In this document: piece after piece, positions 8,618-17,351 of the stretch
How positions within the stretch are numbered: the first letter of the stretch is position 1
Layout of the letters: each line of letters begins with the position of its first letter
Virus record (IMG/VR): IMGVR_UViG_3300038974_000417
Location: 1-64,000 of that record
Length of the DNA: 64,000 nucleotides
Direction: 5' to 3' (one strand)
Origin: a virus
Lineage: Duplodnaviria > Caudoviricetes
The notes under the pieces: model-generated
What the model was told of the DNA's origin: nothing
The model's database searches: none
The model's input: the letters and a program-made list of their open reading frames with translations, nothing else
Program-made: the position numbers and the translations under genes

Positions 8618-10441
8618 ATGTATATGACAAAGCAAGATGTAATTCAATTAAGGTGTGATTATACTAGGCACTATGTGGTAAAGCTTAAAACTCATCACAA
8701 GGGATTATTTAAAGAAATAGAAAAATATAACAATTGTATACAATGTGATTATGAAATGAGTAATAGTCAAAAAGTATATAATTGGTGTTATGATATTAAG
8801 AAGATACCAGCTTGTCCTGTTACTGGTAAACAGTTACAGTTTATTTCAAACAAGTGGGAATATAGAAAGTATGGTAAAAGGGGTGTTTTATCTGTAGAAG
8901 CTAATGATAGACGAGTTAAGACTAGAATAAAGAACGGTTGGGGATCACCTATAAAAACAGATTTTAAGAAATGTACAGCATCCACTCGTACTTTTGAAGA
9001 ATTAAAAGATATATTTACAAAAGAGCTAATTAATAATGCTGGAGCGTACATAATGAAGCTTAAATGTGTATATCCGAAAGAGCTTAAGCAGGTTTGGAGC
9101 ATGTACAATTGCTTTGAACCTGTTGGTGCTTGTGTATATTGCTTGTTGAATGGATGGAAGAGTGTTCCGATTTGTTCGGTTACTGGTAAGCCGAAGAAGT
9201 GGCTCGGCTTTAGAAGAGGATTTGCGGAATATAGTAATGATCAAAAAGTAGTTACTATGTTAAAGAGAAAACAAAGGAAATGGAGATATGAAATAGCAGA
9301 AATATACTCACGAGAAGACACTGTACAAAAATTACAAGAACAATTAAAAAACATTCCAAATAGGCAAAATCTTAAGCATATTTTATTTAAAATCGATCCC
9401 AGCTTAGTTAAGTCTATAGAACACCATACATACGGTGTACAGCTCTCTAGAAATACATTTGCAGAAAAAGCTTTTTATCTTATAAATGGAATGCCTCAGG
9501 ATAATGCTGGAAAAATTAAATATTATTTTGAATCTTTTGATACAGGATACGAGGAACGGTTCAAATATATTAATGAATCTAGGGGTGAGAATGAGGTAAG
9601 AAAATGGTTAAATGGCTTAGGTATTAGGACTGAGAAAAAGAGAATTAATAGATATCTTGAAATTGATATATATATGCCAGATTATAAAATCGGAATAGAA
9701 TATAACGGTGAGTATTATCACTCTAATTTATTTAAATCTCCTAATTTTCATTTAAATAAAACAGAACGATGTAGAGAACATGGTATAGTATTACTTCATA
9801 TATTTGATAGTGAATGGGTACAAAGACAGGAAATAATTAAATCTATTATTTTGTCAAAATTAAATTTAATTAAGAAAAAAATATATGCGAGAGAGTGTAT
9901 CGTACGTAATGTGAGTAGTGCTGAGCGAAAGTTGTTTTTGAATAATAACCATTTACAGGGAAACGACAAGTCATCAATTAGTGTTGGATTATATTATAAT
10001 GATGAATTGGTGTCAATAATGACGTTTGGTAACCGTAAGATAACAGGAAATACTCAATTTGAACTTCAGCGGTTTTGCAGTAAGCTTAATACTATAGTAA
10101 TTGGTGGCGCTTCTAAATTATTTTCATACTTTACAAAGACACATGGCAATATGAAGATTGTCACCTATGCAGATAGGAGACTAAGTACAGGTAATTTATA
10201 TCCAAAACTCGGGTTCACTTTATCTCATTATTCTCCACCTACATATTACTATTTTAAACCTGCTATGGGTGTATATATGAAATTATATCATCGATCCAAT
10301 TTTCAAAAACATATTCTACATAGACGTTTAAGTAGTTTTGACAGTGCCAAGTCGGAAAAGGAGAATATGAGTAATAATGGATATCTTCATGTTTACGATT
10401 GTGGTCATATGGTTTTTAAATATTGTGATTCTGCTCCATAG
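8618..10441 (+). CDS. Hef-like freestanding endonuclease (PD-(D/E)XK/Vsr-like core, C-terminal GNAT-like domain)
   Basis: EIDIYMPDYKIGIEYNGEYYHS; KKIYAREC, FLNNNHLQG, ELQRFC, TYADRR; two N-terminal CPVTGK/CSVTGK repeats. Confidence 0.75.
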   Translation: MYMTKQDVIQLRCDYTRHYVVKLKTHHKGLFKEIEKYNNCIQCDYEMSNSQKVYNWCYDIKKIPACPVTGKQLQFISNKWEYRKYGKRGVLSVEANDRRVKTRIKNGWGSPIKTDFKKCTASTRTFEELKDIFTKELINNAGAYIMKLKCVYPKELKQVWSMYNCFEPVGACVYCLLNGWKSVPICSVTGKPKKWLGFRRGFAEYSNDQKVVTMLKRKQRKWRYEIAEIYSREDTVQKLQEQLKNIPNRQNLKHILFKIDPSLVKSIEHHTYGVQLSRNTFAEKAFYLINGMPQDNAGKIKYYFESFDTGYEERFKYINESRGENEVRKWLNGLGIRTEKKRINRYLEIDIYMPDYKIGIEYNGEYYHSNLFKSPNFHLNKTERCREHGIVLLHIFDSEWVQRQEIIKSIILSKLNLIKKKIYARECIVRNVSSAERKLFLNNNHLQGNDKSSISVGLYYNDELVSIMTFGNRKITGNTQFELQRFCSKLNTIVIGGASKLFSYFTKTHGNMKIVTYADRRLSTGNLYPKLGFTLSHYSPPTYYYFKPAMGVYMKLYHRSNFQKHILHRRLSSFDSAKSEKENMSNNGYLHVYDCGHMVFKYCDSAP

Positions 10442-10448
10442 ATATCGT

Positions 10449-10739
10449 GTGAACAACCAGTGGCTAAAGCGCACTGGCTTCAGTTTAGAGCTTTAAGGCG
10501 CTCAAGGTGGATTCACTGCCACAGATTAACCTCTTCAGGGTACCAAAACGTTTGGTTTTATATCTTCTAGGCTTTCACCTCATCCATATACCGAAAGATA
10601 TATGTTGTTTATACCTATAATTATTTATGCTAACCAGCTAAATTTTCTTGCTTTTTAGCAAATTAATTTAATATAAACAATAAAGCTGGCAAAATTCATC
10701 CATGTGCTGAAGCATCATGGTTTTCTTTTGCAAGAAACA
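10449..10739 (-). mobile_element. non-autonomous IS200/IS605-type element, copy A (291 bp, omegaRNA-like, no tnpA/tnpB)
   Basis: identical to reverse complement of 41923-42213; preceded by TTAT, LE AAAA+bulged hairpin, RE GAAG+bulged hairpin, ends TTCAC, no target duplication. Confidence 0.85.
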
Positions 10740-10751
10740 ATAAATATTGTC

Positions 10752-11021
10752 GTGAATAGCCGTAGACGTAAATTTAAGCCAGGTGATTTGGTACGTATTA
10801 AGAAGTCAATACAGTATATATATCCGAGTGATTACGCTACTGCTATAGGAGTTATAGATGATATAGATGATTCAGATCAACTCAACACCGGTGTACTTAG
10901 TGTGCTATATGATAATGACGATGTTAGTGTTCTTATACCTGCATCCAATTTAGAACATGTCATGCCTGATGTAACCCCTGAGACTGATAAAGCATATAGG
11001 GATATATTTAAAGACCTATAA
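10752..11021 (+). CDS. small SH3/KOW-like beta-barrel hypothetical protein
   Basis: KFKPGDLVRIK motif; the ORF-track extension to 10704 lies mostly in element A, so GTG 10752 after ATAAATA is the likely start. Confidence 0.55.
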   Translation: MNSRRRKFKPGDLVRIKKSIQYIYPSDYATAIGVIDDIDDSDQLNTGVLSVLYDNDDVSVLIPASNLEHVMPDVTPETDKAYRDIFKDL

Positions 11022-11094
11022 CTGCGATGAAATCTTCCTATAATGCATAAATATTCATAGATACACACCATAAATATCTACAGGAGAAACAATT

Positions 11095-11598
11095 ATGTCA
11101 ATACAAGAATTTTATAGTACATCACAACAGAAGGAATTTGCGCGCGATTTTCAATTTCGCGTAGTAACCTTAGGACCATTTGATGCTCAGGACTTATTAT
11201 ACGTACAGACCGCGACGCTTCCCGCTAAGACGGTTCAAAATCAAACCGCATCATTTATGGGGCTAGATTTTAATGTTCCTGGTAGTGTAAAGTATGATGG
11301 TAGTTCCAGCTGGAATATTACATTTTGGTGTGATGAAGGCCTTAACATCCGTAATAAAATGGAAAATTATGTTAAGACTATTTTTGATGATGAAACAAGC
11401 ACTGGTTTATATGGAGTGCCCACTGAAATAGCAACATTAGATTTACTCGGAAAAAATCGTGAAACGCTTCGTAGATATGATTTTTACGGTCTTTATCCGG
11501 TTACTGTAGGAGAGATATCTTATGATATACAGGGTTCGGGTACTATATTAACTGTTCCTTGTACGTTTGCATATCAATTCTGGCGTTTGCGTAAATAG
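11095..11598 (+). CDS. gp19: tail tube protein
   Basis: FARDFQFRV, TATLPAK, WNITFWCDE, CTFAYQFW; two CATAAATA motifs (11046, 11069) and AGGAG upstream. Confidence 0.9.
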   Translation: MSIQEFYSTSQQKEFARDFQFRVVTLGPFDAQDLLYVQTATLPAKTVQNQTASFMGLDFNVPGSVKYDGSSSWNITFWCDEGLNIRNKMENYVKTIFDDETSTGLYGVPTEIATLDLLGKNRETLRRYDFYGLYPVTVGEISYDIQGSGTILTVPCTFAYQFWRLRK

Positions 11599-11659
11599 CA
11601 TCTCAAGTCAATCTGCGTACATTTAAATAGAGCAGCTAGCTGCTTTAGTAAATATTATT

Positions 11660-13210
11660 ATGGCAGATGTCGTTAGAGTTATAACAGCCGGCAATCCCGG
11701 AGATACCCTCACCTCTTCAGTTCGAGGAATAGGTGGGGGTGCATTAGGTGCAGCAGCTGCAATGGCTACTCGAGCTACCTCTAATATACCGGGTGCAAAT
11801 GTTGCAATCGCTGGTCTTCAGAATATAGCCGGTGATTTTCTACAGGGTGATAGAAATGTTACAGGAATTTATAATGGATTTCTTACTCAAATATTACAAG
11901 ATTATACTAGTTCCCCATCTATTATGCCCCTGTGGGTGTGTTATATAGATATAGAAGAAAGAGATAAGATACAATTAGCTGATAAGTTAGATAAAAATAG
12001 TGGAGGTAAACATGTCACCACTAGACAGGGATTGCTGGGATTAAGTAGAGGTCAGCATTCGGCGGGAGATTTGGGTAGAGGTTTGGCTTTAATGTTTTGT
12101 CAGGGTGTACAGGTACCATCTGATTCTATATCTGTTAGACGAGATTCTTATAGTAGCGCAATTGGTGGATATATACCAGGATTAATAGGAGATAATAGAA
12201 GTCTTAGTGAAGTTACTATTTCGTTTCTAGAGAATAACGCAAGCTTTACGGATTTCGTTTTAAGGCCTTGGATGATGTATAATTCATATTATGGTATACC
12301 CAACGGAATTAAATCTAATATAATAATTGAAGAATATGTACGTACGTTACCTGATAAACCGTTGAGGTTAAGAAAGAAAATTACTTTACATAAAGCATTT
12401 CCAACAACTATAGATTCATTAAATTTACGGTATAAAGATACTGCAGATACTAGACAAATTCAGTTTGCATATGAAAGTTATAATATAGAAGAGGGTGGAG
12501 ATTGGGGAATATCTCAGATTAATAAGAATCAATCATTATTGGGTAAATTGGGTGAATTAGCTTTAAATGTAGCAACTGGGCTGGTCAATAAAGAGATTGA
12601 AAAGTTTGAATCTAATTTATTCTCAATTAAGCCTCAATTAGTTAATATAGAACCACCCGCTACACCCCCATCTGAGGTAGCTAAGCAAAGTGTATCGAAC
12701 GTTAGTATTACTAGCTCAGACCATGCTACACAATCGATTAAATCTCAAATAATAAAAAATATTAAAGATGATACACCTACGTTTGAATTGGTTAATAATA
12801 ATACCAAAAAGGTTATTATACCTGCAGAGGATATGATTGATATTACTCAACTGAAAAACATATCTAAGATTGATCAAGTAATTATACCTGAAGCTGATGT
12901 TGTCACTGCATCTGAAGTTCGAACTGATTATGTAGGAGTTTATCCACCTAAGGAAGACACGCCTACTCTAGCACCATTCAGAAGACCGGATCCTGCTACT
13001 ATATTGCCACGTGATGATATGATTTCTAGATCTACTAAAATAGATAAACAATCTGCTATTATTGGTAAAGATGATGAGGCTCTTAAGTCTAGGATAAATG
13101 TACAAAAAATATCAATTAATAGTAATGATTCTCGTAGAGACAAATCATACATACCTGTTCAAATAATATCTATTGGTACTAATGATTCTCGTGAACTACT
13201 AGGTAGCTAA
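11660..13210 (+). CDS. gp54: baseplate-tail tube initiator (gp54-like) with long repetitive C-terminal extension, truncated by element C
   Basis: tube-fold N half (VTISFLEN, WMMY, AFPTTI, FAYE); last residues ELLGS* are read from an inserted element end. Confidence 0.7.
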   Translation: MADVVRVITAGNPGDTLTSSVRGIGGGALGAAAAMATRATSNIPGANVAIAGLQNIAGDFLQGDRNVTGIYNGFLTQILQDYTSSPSIMPLWVCYIDIEERDKIQLADKLDKNSGGKHVTTRQGLLGLSRGQHSAGDLGRGLALMFCQGVQVPSDSISVRRDSYSSAIGGYIPGLIGDNRSLSEVTISFLENNASFTDFVLRPWMMYNSYYGIPNGIKSNIIIEEYVRTLPDKPLRLRKKITLHKAFPTTIDSLNLRYKDTADTRQIQFAYESYNIEEGGDWGISQINKNQSLLGKLGELALNVATGLVNKEIEKFESNLFSIKPQLVNIEPPATPPSEVAKQSVSNVSITSSDHATQSIKSQIIKNIKDDTPTFELVNNNTKKVIIPAEDMIDITQLKNISKIDQVIIPEADVVTASEVRTDYVGVYPPKEDTPTLAPFRRPDPATILPRDDMISRSTKIDKQSAIIGKDDEALKSRINVQKISINSNDSRRDKSYIPVQIISIGTNDSRELLGS

Positions 13211-13260
13211 AGCTACGCTAGCTTCGAGTTTAAAGCTTTTACTCTGGTCTGATTCACATT
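13191..13260 (-). mobile_element. right-end remnant of a related IS200/IS605-type element (C); left boundary approximate
   Basis: minus strand gtgaatc..aaagctttaaactcGAAGctagcgtagctttagctacctagtagttcac aligns with the 3' part of A/B. Confidence 0.75.
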
Positions 13261-13262
13261 GA

Positions 13263-13385
13263 GACCCATTCAACACCGTAAAATATCAAAATATAACAAC
13301 ATCCAAAAATGATTCACAACGACAGGGAGATTCAATTAAAAGTAAGATAATAGAATCTCCAATCACTGATGTAAATAATAGTTGA
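13263..13385 (+). pseudogene. orphaned C-terminal 40 codons of the gp54-like gene
   Basis: frame reads DPFNTVKYQNITTSKNDSQRQGDSIKSKII, continuing the Q-x-I-x4-NDS repeat of the upstream ORF. Confidence 0.6.
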
Positions 13386-13415
13386 ACAACTTTTATATAT
13401 GTATAAGTATATTAT

Positions 13416-14273
13416 ATGAACACTACTAATATTGATATTAAATCCCTTTTAAATACATTAGATACTATTAACACTAAAAACTATGCATTTCATGTATATG
13501 TACCATCTCTACAAAAAGATATACCGTTTCTACAGATAAGTACTAGTCAGCAAAAGTCATTAATTAAATCTGTTATTGATTCACCGGTATATAATACAGA
13601 ATTTATATATACTATACGTAGTATTATAAAAGATAATTGTCTGGATAAAGAGGTTAGCATTGATGAATTAACGCTACTTGATAAATTAGTTATATGTTTA
13701 GCTCTTCGAAGTAAGAGTATTAGTAGTACGTATGAATTTTCATATACTCATGAAGGAGCAGAGTTAAAATATAATATTGAATTGGATTCGTTAATTGAGG
13801 CATCTAAATCTATAGATATTGAATTAGAGAGAGTCATAGAAACTCAAGACTATAAAATAACTACACGAGTTCCTACTATTGGTATTGAATATCAAGTAGA
13901 AAAAGAATTGAGATCAAAAAACCGCCAAAATAATGAAAATATTCAAAACAGTGAACAGCTTCGTGATATAGTAGGAGAAGCGTTTATGACTGAATTAATA
14001 AAATATATTAAATGTGTAGAAATTCCACGAGGGGATACCGAGGTATTTAAGATAGAAATGAGTAATATGTCCCCTAAGGATGGTATTAGTATTTTGGGTA
14101 AATTCCCGATTAAAGTGCTTGAGAGTATATTAGATTTTGTTAATGATTATAGTCGGAGTATTAGTAATATAACTAAGATTAAAGTTCCTGGTGGAGTAAA
14201 TACCGAAACAAATGAAGTTGAATTCATAGAACAGGAGATTCCGATTAACGGGAATTTTTTTATAATTTCTTAA
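13416..14273 (+). CDS. gp26: baseplate hub/tail assembly chaperone (gp26-like)
   Basis: VPSLQKDIPFLQIST, LTLLDKLVICLALRSKSI, ends GNFF; upstream of tape measure. Confidence 0.7.
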   Translation: MNTTNIDIKSLLNTLDTINTKNYAFHVYVPSLQKDIPFLQISTSQQKSLIKSVIDSPVYNTEFIYTIRSIIKDNCLDKEVSIDELTLLDKLVICLALRSKSISSTYEFSYTHEGAELKYNIELDSLIEASKSIDIELERVIETQDYKITTRVPTIGIEYQVEKELRSKNRQNNENIQNSEQLRDIVGEAFMTELIKYIKCVEIPRGDTEVFKIEMSNMSPKDGISILGKFPIKVLESILDFVNDYSRSISNITKIKVPGGVNTETNEVEFIEQEIPINGNFFIIS

Positions 14274-14278
14274 AACGA

Positions 14279-14509
14279 TTGTTTTATATTGATTTACACG
14301 AGATTTATCAATCTATATACTTATTAGCCAGTAAGTGTAATTTATCAGGTGATTATATAGATTCTTTACCGCCGTATGATAGAGATCTGTATTTAACATA
14401 TTATAAAGAAGAGTTAAAAATGTTGAAGGATCAGCAGCGAAAGGCTGATTCCGGCGTAAATATTTCTAGAGGGCCTATGATTGGTTCTATGCCCGATATA
14501 GGAATATAA
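14279..14509 (+). CDS. gp51: gp51-like chaperone, probably made as a -1 frameshift extension of gp26
   Basis: IDSLPPYDRDLYLTYY; only a TTG start without SD; frame open from 14249 across a T7 run. Confidence 0.6.
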   Translation: MFYIDLHEIYQSIYLLASKCNLSGDYIDSLPPYDRDLYLTYYKEELKMLKDQQRKADSGVNISRGPMIGSMPDIGI

Positions 14510-14510
14510 A

Positions 14511-17351
14511 ATGTCAACAAATACTGATATAAGTGCTCTAATAGAGCCGCTATTAAAAGATACTAATATTGCTTCCGATTTACAACGGAAAGTTAAGGAT
14601 GTATACTCTACTCTATTAGATAATTTATCCAAATCTGCCAAGGGTATTAAATTTGAGACTGGTACAGTTAATATCAGCTCGATGTTGGGGGTTGATCAAA
14701 AACAATCGTTATATACTTCACATAAGTATCAATCTTTACAGCGAACTATACTGGATAGGGTTCAAAAGTATGTAAGAACCACAGAGAGTAATATAGTATC
14801 GGAAGGTATAAATCTTGGTACTGTATTGGGTACATCTCAAAAAGAATCTTTTTTAACTTCTAGGAAGTTTCAATCCATAAAAAAATCTATTTTAGATAGA
14901 CTGCAAACTGATCTAGGACGCTATAAGGGTAATATAATTGGTAAATCCGGCATTAATTTGGGTGATATATTAGGAGGCGATCAAAAAGAATCTTTTTTAA
15001 CTTCTAGGAAGTTTCAATCCATAAAAAAATCTATTTTAGATAGACTGCAAACTGATCTAGGACGCTATAAGGGTAATATAATTGGTAAATCCGGCATTAA
15101 TTTGGGTGATATATTAGGAGGCGATCAAAAGAATTCTATATTAATCTCCATGAAATTTCAGTCTCTTAAGCGTAAAGTACTTAAGAAATTGGAGACTGAT
15201 TTAACCGATAAAAATTTAAGGTTGTTATCTACTGGCCAATTATCCATTGGTGATATAATGGGTGAGATCCCTGAAATGGGATTGTTTGAGCGTCTTAAGT
15301 TTCGTAAGCTTAGATCTAAAATGATGACTGCAATAGAGAAAAGTGTATTAGGCATTAAGGATGATAAATTAGATAAAAATGGAAACAAAGAGAGTGGTGG
15401 TCTTCGTATATTTGAGGAAGAAGCTACACCAGTTAAGTTGGTATCTATTGATGATGATATATTAAAAAACCTGTCTGGTGTGCTAGGGGCGGGTACTGCT
15501 GTGACAGCTGTTGCGGGTGGAGTTGATGCTAAGCCACCGGCAGGATTAACCAAGTGGATTGCACCGATTATTATGATAATAGCTAGTTTAGGTGCCTTAG
15601 CTACAGGATTAATGAGTACTGGTCCAGCTAAGGGTCTTATGACTATGCTTGGTAAAGTGGGTATAATGGCTAGTCTTAAAATGGTAGCCAAAATGGTGGG
15701 GAAGGTGTTAACCAAAACTCTGAAGTGGATACCACTGGTAGGTACTTTTGTGGATTTAGCGGATGCTTTTATGAGATTTAAGAATAAGGATTGGGCTGGT
15801 GGCTCAATAGCTTTAGTAGGTGGTTTATTGTCTTTGATTAATTTAGCAGCTCCAGGAGTGGGAACTGCGTTGTCTTTGGGGTGTTCGGCCTTAAATGCGT
15901 TTTTGGATTTTAAGGCTGGTGGGTCCAGTGAGGAGGCAAGTGTCAAGAAGATGGATATGATAAAGGACTTCTTACGACCATTTGGTGATGCAATATTACC
16001 TATATTAAAAGCTCTACCTCCTGTAGCATTGGGGATTGGATTATATAAAATAGCTAAGGGTGATGTTAAAGAGGGATTTGAAGCTATGGCAAAGAGTGTG
16101 TCGTGGATTCCGGTTATAGGAGAACCAATGGCTCGAGTAGCTTCATTTTTAGGTGAAAGAGCACAAGAGTGGACGGAGGCTAAATTTGGTACTGAGAGGC
16201 CTTTATGGGAATCTGTAAAAGATTATATTGTAGATAAATTCAAAAACGCTCTCAAGAGAGTTATAGCTATAGGTACTGGAATAAAAGAAATATTTACTGG
16301 GGATGTAGGTAAGGGATTTGGCACTGTTATTAGTGCTGTTTCTGATTTAGATTATATTGGTCCACCACTAGCTAAATTGGGGTCTTTCTTACAACAAAAA
16401 ACCGAGAATTTTAATGCTACTCATGGAGAACCTGGTCAGCCATTGTGGGAGAAAATAAGAGATTATTTGAGAGATAAAATCCAGGCTGCATGGAAGCGTC
16501 TTATAATGTTTGGTACAGGTATGCTTGATGTAGTTAAAGGAGATATACCTAGTGCTTTCGATAAGTTTGCGCAAGCGACTGATGGATTAGGTATAGTAGG
16601 ATCTGTATTTAATACTCTTAGGTGTTGGATGGAGGAGGCAGAGGAAGAGGCACCGACATGTCCGGGGTGTGAAGGAACAATTAATTTCTTTGCAGCGTTA
16701 AAGGATATAATGGTAGAAAAGATGTCTAGTGCTGTACAGAAGCTTCCCAGGATGGTTAGATTTGTATTATCTAAAATTCCAGGTTTTAAGGAATTCGTTG
16801 GTGATGAAAATTTTGATAATATAGGAGATGAGATATCTGATGCAATTGGTGATCTGGGAGCTGGTATTAAAGATGTTGTTGGTAGTAAGATAAAGGCTGG
16901 TAAGGATGCTGTGAGTGAGGGGTGGGGGAAATTAAAGAGTTGGAGGCCGTGGGGAGGAGATGAAGAGCAGGGTAGTCCGATACCTGTTACTGATTTTGCT
17001 GGTGTTATCAAGCCTGGTAATATTGTAGGATCGTTTAGGAATAATCCTATAGTTAATAGTGCCACAGATTATGTAATTGGTGCAAAGAGAGGTGGTCCTA
17101 TAGAGCAGAAGTTGACTGAATTAGTTGAATCTGTTAATAGTAATATGAAGGATTTAGCAATTAAAATATCTGAAAGTATTCAATCTGGTGTAGGAAATAT
17201 ACAACCAGCTTATATACCGATTCCGCCACCCGCAGTTAATATACCACCTCCGGCTCCTGCATCTATTGGATCCAGTAAAGCACCGAGTTATGCTGTGGGT
17301 AGTATATATAATCAACGTGCAAGATTTTATGCTTTATATGGAGATCAATAG
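14511..17351 (+). CDS. tape measure protein
   Basis: 946 aa, helical repeats, Gly/Ala-rich hydrophobic middle; position after chaperones. Confidence 0.8.
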   Translation: MSTNTDISALIEPLLKDTNIASDLQRKVKDVYSTLLDNLSKSAKGIKFETGTVNISSMLGVDQKQSLYTSHKYQSLQRTILDRVQKYVRTTESNIVSEGINLGTVLGTSQKESFLTSRKFQSIKKSILDRLQTDLGRYKGNIIGKSGINLGDILGGDQKESFLTSRKFQSIKKSILDRLQTDLGRYKGNIIGKSGINLGDILGGDQKNSILISMKFQSLKRKVLKKLETDLTDKNLRLLSTGQLSIGDIMGEIPEMGLFERLKFRKLRSKMMTAIEKSVLGIKDDKLDKNGNKESGGLRIFEEEATPVKLVSIDDDILKNLSGVLGAGTAVTAVAGGVDAKPPAGLTKWIAPIIMIIASLGALATGLMSTGPAKGLMTMLGKVGIMASLKMVAKMVGKVLTKTLKWIPLVGTFVDLADAFMRFKNKDWAGGSIALVGGLLSLINLAAPGVGTALSLGCSALNAFLDFKAGGSSEEASVKKMDMIKDFLRPFGDAILPILKALPPVALGIGLYKIAKGDVKEGFEAMAKSVSWIPVIGEPMARVASFLGERAQEWTEAKFGTERPLWESVKDYIVDKFKNALKRVIAIGTGIKEIFTGDVGKGFGTVISAVSDLDYIGPPLAKLGSFLQQKTENFNATHGEPGQPLWEKIRDYLRDKIQAAWKRLIMFGTGMLDVVKGDIPSAFDKFAQATDGLGIVGSVFNTLRCWMEEAEEEAPTCPGCEGTINFFAALKDIMVEKMSSAVQKLPRMVRFVLSKIPGFKEFVGDENFDNIGDEISDAIGDLGAGIKDVVGSKIKAGKDAVSEGWGKLKSWRPWGGDEEQGSPIPVTDFAGVIKPGNIVGSFRNNPIVNSATDYVIGAKRGGPIEQKLTELVESVNSNMKDLAIKISESIQSGVGNIQPAYIPIPPPAVNIPPPAPASIGSSKAPSYAVGSIYNQRARFYALYGDQ
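14837..15130 (+). repeat. exact 144-bp (48-aa) tandem duplication in tape measure
   Basis: 14837-14980 identical to 14981-15124, plus degenerate flanking units. Confidence 0.95.

Noticed and set aside
10668-10743. Idea that copy A carried about 73 bp of flank transduced from site B, because this stretch reads in frame with the gene at 41735
   Set aside because: the stretch contains the left-end guide and hairpin; placing the boundary after TTAT rebuilds clean empty sites at both loci
13261-13370. Left end of element C at TATTTAC| (13371), giving a 180-bp element and an NDSRK* empty site
   Set aside because: no guide or left-end hairpin follows that site, and the + strand here encodes the continuation of the gp54 repeat
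15158-17065. Long antisense ORFs in the ORF track (15158-15946, 16463-17065 and similar shadows elsewhere)
   Set aside because: fully opposite well-supported genes, with no motifs or start signals
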